A stretch of 27,067 nucleotides of DNA from a virus (taxonomy: Duplodnaviria; Caudoviricetes), in the IMG/VR virus record IMGVR_UViG_3300021560_000061, positions 1-27,067 of that record; one strand, given 5' to 3'. Both the position numbers and the translations under genes were made by a program. Of the stretch, positions 23,681 through 27,067 are shown piece by piece (within the stretch, counting starts at the first letter, position 1; each line of letters begins with the position of its first letter). Under the pieces are notes generated by a model that saw only the letters and a program-made list of their open reading frames with translations, was not told where the DNA came from and made no database searches.

Positions 23681-24469
23681 ATGCGCGTCACCGTTCTGGG
23701 ATGCGGACCAGCCGGGCTGGCGGCCGCTCACGCGGCCTCCGGCCTTCTGGCCGATGTCCGGATTATCGCGCCTAAGCGGAAGACTCCGCAGAATGGCCCG
23801 ATCTTCCTTAATACGCCACTGCCGGGAATTAGCACGGATCACCCGCAGGGCTTTATCAAGCAATTCGTGGTTGGCGGCTCTATCGTCGATTACGGAATCA
23901 AGCTTTACGGTGACGTCAACGTCGCGATTACCCGCGACGGTCACCTCAGGGAAGGCATCCATACCTGGGATATTCAGGAAGCGTACGACAAGATGTGGCG
24001 GATGTACTCGGAGTACATAGAAGATCGCGAGGTTAGGCCGGATGAAGTTGACGGCCTTGTGGCGGACTGCGACCTTGTGGTATCGACGGCTCCGAGGAAC
24101 CTACTCTGCGAGGCTCCGGCGCAGCACGATTTCATCTACCAGCCAGTAGCGATGGTGTTCCATGCCTCCTATCCGGACCAGCCGGAGAATACCGTCATAT
24201 TCAACGCCTACCCGGACGTTCCGTGGATACGGAGCGCGCGGATGTTCGGGCATGCGACTACCGAATTCCTACCAGACCGGGCTCCGGAGGAAGAGCACCG
24301 GATTATCAGGAAGCCGCTACGTACCAACTGTACGTGCCATCCTCGCGTTAAGCGGGTAGGCCGGTTTGGGACATGGAACAATATGTCCTGGATCGATACG
24401 GCCTATCTCGATACGCGGACGGCACTCATGGAAATGATCCATGCGACCGAATACGGGAGAATCCAGTGA
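23681..24469 (+). CDS. FAD/NAD-binding oxidoreductase (UDP-galactopyranose mutase/HemY-like fold)
   Basis: VTVLGCGPAGLAAA Rossmann motif; VVSTAP; C-terminal VGRFGTW. Confidence 0.75.
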   Translation: MRVTVLGCGPAGLAAAHAASGLLADVRIIAPKRKTPQNGPIFLNTPLPGISTDHPQGFIKQFVVGGSIVDYGIKLYGDVNVAITRDGHLREGIHTWDIQEAYDKMWRMYSEYIEDREVRPDEVDGLVADCDLVVSTAPRNLLCEAPAQHDFIYQPVAMVFHASYPDQPENTVIFNAYPDVPWIRSARMFGHATTEFLPDRAPEEEHRIIRKPLRTNCTCHPRVKRVGRFGTWNNMSWIDTAYLDTRTALMEMIHATEYGRIQ

Positions 24470-25365
24470 CCGAGAACAATAAGGTTCAGCGATGGGCCGA
24501 TCCAGCCATGTTCGCAGCCGAGACGCTGGGAGCGGAAGGCGTGGAGCTAAAGCCCACCGTCACCGTTACGTCGATGACGGCAAACCCGCTCCGGGTAATC
24601 GGAGCCGTAGCGCGAACCTACCAGGGCAGGATGTGTTCTGATCCCAGCGAGATAACGCGAGCGGAGGCAACGCGCTACCTCGTGGATATCCGGCGCGGAA
24701 AGCTCAAGGCTCCGCTAGAATGGGTCCAGGTGGCCCTGATGTTCCACGGAGTCTCGCGCGACTTTACCCACCAGCTCGTGCGGCAGCGCACCGCGACGTA
24801 CGCCCAGGAGTCGATGCGCTTCGCGGTTAAGGAAGATGCCGCCTACGCGGTGCCGACACCTCCGTCGATTCTCCTCATGGATGAGGATGACCCGTTCCGG
24901 GTAGCCTGGCGTGAGCACGTCAAGCGGACGGCCGACCTTTACCTCATGTTCGTGAACTCCGGCCGCGTACCGGCTGAGGATGCGCGGAAGGCGCTCCTGA
25001 TCGGAACTGGGACCAGCGTCCAGTACCGGACTAACCTCCGCGACCTAATGGAGCACGCCGGAATGCGGCTGTGCTCCCAGGCCCAGTACGAATGGAAGGT
25101 CGTATGGGAGCAGATCGTGAAGGCGCTACTCGCCTACGGACCACACGAGGAACGGTGGCAGCAGCGCGCGATAGTCTCGCTATTCGCGCCTATCTGCTAC
25201 CAGACCGGCAAGTGCGAGTTCATGGCGAGTACCGACCGGTGGTGCGTTATCCGTGACCGGGTAGAGGCGCACCACGTGAAAGGCGAGGCACCGTCGCAGT
25301 GGCACGATATCGACCCATACGAGCCTCTGGCGCGGCTCGCGGCTACTGATCTCCGGAGGAAATAA
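24466..25365 (+). CDS. thyX: ThyX-like flavin-dependent thymidylate synthase homologue with variant motif
   Basis: GVSRDFTHQLVRQRTATYAQESMRF; EDARKALL; TNLR..RLCSQAQYEW; GTGA overlap. Confidence 0.8.
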   Translation: MTENNKVQRWADPAMFAAETLGAEGVELKPTVTVTSMTANPLRVIGAVARTYQGRMCSDPSEITRAEATRYLVDIRRGKLKAPLEWVQVALMFHGVSRDFTHQLVRQRTATYAQESMRFAVKEDAAYAVPTPPSILLMDEDDPFRVAWREHVKRTADLYLMFVNSGRVPAEDARKALLIGTGTSVQYRTNLRDLMEHAGMRLCSQAQYEWKVVWEQIVKALLAYGPHEERWQQRAIVSLFAPICYQTGKCEFMASTDRWCVIRDRVEAHHVKGEAPSQWHDIDPYEPLARLAATDLRRK

Positions 25366-26063
25366 TGTACCTGGGCCGTGAGTACATTCCGAATGGGACG
25401 GAGCCGTTCGCGCCACGAACGTATTCCTATGACTATACGGAGTACAATTTCTGGGCTGCTATGGCCCGGATCTTCCGGACAGCCGGCCTAGACCGGATAG
25501 GCGCGACGGAGGCTGACTCGATTCCGCTGCTCTCGCGAGAGGCCGATCAGTCAACTCCGTACCACAAGATGTACTACGCAGCATTCGAGCGCGAGGTCCA
25601 GCCGGTATACCGGCGTTTCGTCACCAACGTGATAGCGCCGTGTATGGCCGGCCCGTTTATCTACCAGAAGGTTCCCACGTTCCGGATCTCGCTACCCGGC
25701 AACGTAGCCGTAGGCGAATTCCATACGGACGGTGACTATAGCCACCAGGAAGGCGAAGTCAATTTCTGGCTTCCGGTAACCAATGCTGGCGGCTCGAATT
25801 CGGTCTATGTCGAGACCTATCCGGGTAGCAAGATCATGGAACCGGCCTCGCTCATACTCGGAGAGGTAATGGTGTTTGATGCCGTCCGCTCGCGTCACGG
25901 CAACCATATCAACACCACCGACCGGACTCGTGTCTCTATCGACTTCAGGGTAATCCTGAAGAGCGTATTCAAGCCTTCCGGCCTCCGTTCCGTTAACACG
26001 GGCACGCCGATGGATATCGGAGGCTATTTTGTAGAAGGTCCAGACATCGGCTCTGAGGAGTAG
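25365..26063 (+). CDS. 2OG-Fe(II) dioxygenase superfamily, StrG-like
   Basis: YQKVPTFR, EFHTD (HxD), NFWLP, HGN, TRVSIDFR. Confidence 0.75.
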   Translation: MYLGREYIPNGTEPFAPRTYSYDYTEYNFWAAMARIFRTAGLDRIGATEADSIPLLSREADQSTPYHKMYYAAFEREVQPVYRRFVTNVIAPCMAGPFIYQKVPTFRISLPGNVAVGEFHTDGDYSHQEGEVNFWLPVTNAGGSNSVYVETYPGSKIMEPASLILGEVMVFDAVRSRHGNHINTTDRTRVSIDFRVILKSVFKPSGLRSVNTGTPMDIGGYFVEGPDIGSEE

Positions 26064-26065
26064 TA

Positions 26066-26332
26066 ATGACTAGCTTTATCTCGCCGGAAGCCGTTTCGAC
26101 GGACAAGCTTGACCGCGTCATTGAGGATGTGGTCGCGGAGCTACACCGGGCGCAGAAGCGCTTCCCGCCATTCCATTCGGCTCACGAGGGTTACGCGGTA
26201 ATCCTGGAAGAGGAACAAGAGTTGTGGGATGAGATCCGGCTCAAGAGCGGCACACCGGAAGGCCGTAGGACGGAAGCCGTCCAGCTGGCTGCGATGGCGC
26301 TACGGTTCCTCCTGGACGTGTGCGATGGGTGA
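26066..26332 (+). CDS. MazG-like all-alpha NTP pyrophosphohydrolase
   Basis: SAHEGYAVILEEEQELWDE...EAVQLAAMALRF. Confidence 0.7.
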   Translation: MTSFISPEAVSTDKLDRVIEDVVAELHRAQKRFPPFHSAHEGYAVILEEEQELWDEIRLKSGTPEGRRTEAVQLAAMALRFLLDVCDG

Positions 26333-26633
26333 GCCGGAATTCTTCCAGCGGAAGCCGGAGCTATCGGCCGAACAAATCGCATCGGCCATGCTCCTGACTT
26401 TCCAGGAGATAGCCGAGAATTCCCACATTCACCGGTGGGATATAATAGGCGTATGGAAACCGAACCGGCCGGTTCACCCCAGAATTCAGGACGGCGTCAT
26501 TACGGTGGTGCTCGTTAAGTGTTCTGAATGCGGACTTCCGCAAACGGTGAATCTCGGAGGCGACTGGTCGGAAGAACAAGTCAAGGCAGGAAAGGCGAGG
26601 AATGATGACGATGAATACTTCCCAGGGCGATGA
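26325..26633 (+). CDS. hypothetical protein with HxH..CxxC motif
   Basis: HIHRW...CSECG; start reassigned to ATG 26325. Confidence 0.65.
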   Translation: MGEPEFFQRKPELSAEQIASAMLLTFQEIAENSHIHRWDIIGVWKPNRPVHPRIQDGVITVVLVKCSECGLPQTVNLGGDWSEEQVKAGKARNDDDEYFPGR

Positions 26634-27015
26634 CGGACGGCACCGTCACGGGACTCCGCAGCTCCACGAGGCCGTAGAGGAAGACCGTATCCGCGAGGCC
26701 GCATACGACTTCATGAAGGCGCTAGGCCTGGAGCCTACTCCGGACGCGATCTCGCAGCTATCTGGACCGTTCGCGCTCGCTCTCACGATTATGTGCGAGC
26801 GCGGATACGATCCGGACGGCCGTTCCTGGAAGGTCAAGGGATGGAAAGGTCTTGTGGTCGATATCCTCAACAAAGCCGGAAGGATCAAGTTCCATTCCTG
26901 GGAGCACAGCGAATTCGATCCAGACTCCGCTATCGACCTCGTGAACTTCGCGGCTTTCTACTGGCGGCTGCGGAATGAAGGCTCCCGGTGGGGCTGGCTA
27001 GGCGAGCCGTCATGA
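26602..27015 (+). CDS. DUF1599 / nucleotide modification associated domain 1-like protein
   Basis: RGY..SW..KGWKGLVVDILNKAGRI...DSAIDLVNFA pattern. Confidence 0.6.
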   Translation: MMTMNTSQGDDGRHRHGTPQLHEAVEEDRIREAAYDFMKALGLEPTPDAISQLSGPFALALTIMCERGYDPDGRSWKVKGWKGLVVDILNKAGRIKFHSWEHSEFDPDSAIDLVNFAAFYWRLRNEGSRWGWLGEPS

Positions 27016-27067
27016 GCGAGAACCTGGATGACTACTGCGAAATGCATAAGTGCCATCCTACGGAATG
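27012..27067 (+). CDS. partial ORF running off the window
   Basis: ATGA overlap; MSENLDDYCEMHKCHPTE... Confidence 0.5.
   Translation, partial: MSENLDDYCEMHKCHPTE

Overview
This is a GC-rich, almost entirely plus-strand, densely packed segment that reads as the non-structural arm of an actinobacterial dsDNA phage or phage-plasmid. No capsid, terminase, integrase, tRNA or CRISPR array is visible. It has four zones. (1) ~1-4570 and ~8900-14530: small accessory genes, many preceded by a repeated hairpin/promoter/AGGCGA start cassette. (2) ~4570-8850: a plasmid-like island with a PD-(D/E)XK endonuclease, an HTH protein, a CTTA repeat array, a DUF2637-like membrane protein fused to an Lsr2-like DNA-binding domain, a TraB/FtsK-like ATPase with no apparent C-terminal wHTH, and a small membrane protein. 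(3) ~16340-23600: replication/recombination genes (SNF2 helicase, Cas4/RecB-like exonuclease, Sak4-like AAA ATPase, SSB-like protein). (4) A probable DNA base-modification toolkit: TAGT-like glycosyltransferase, nucleoside deoxyribosyltransferase-like protein, FAD oxidoreductase, variant ThyX, StrG-like 2OG-Fe(II) dioxygenase, MazG-like protein and DUF1599/Nmad1-like protein. All family calls come from motif recognition by eye and need HMM or structure confirmation.
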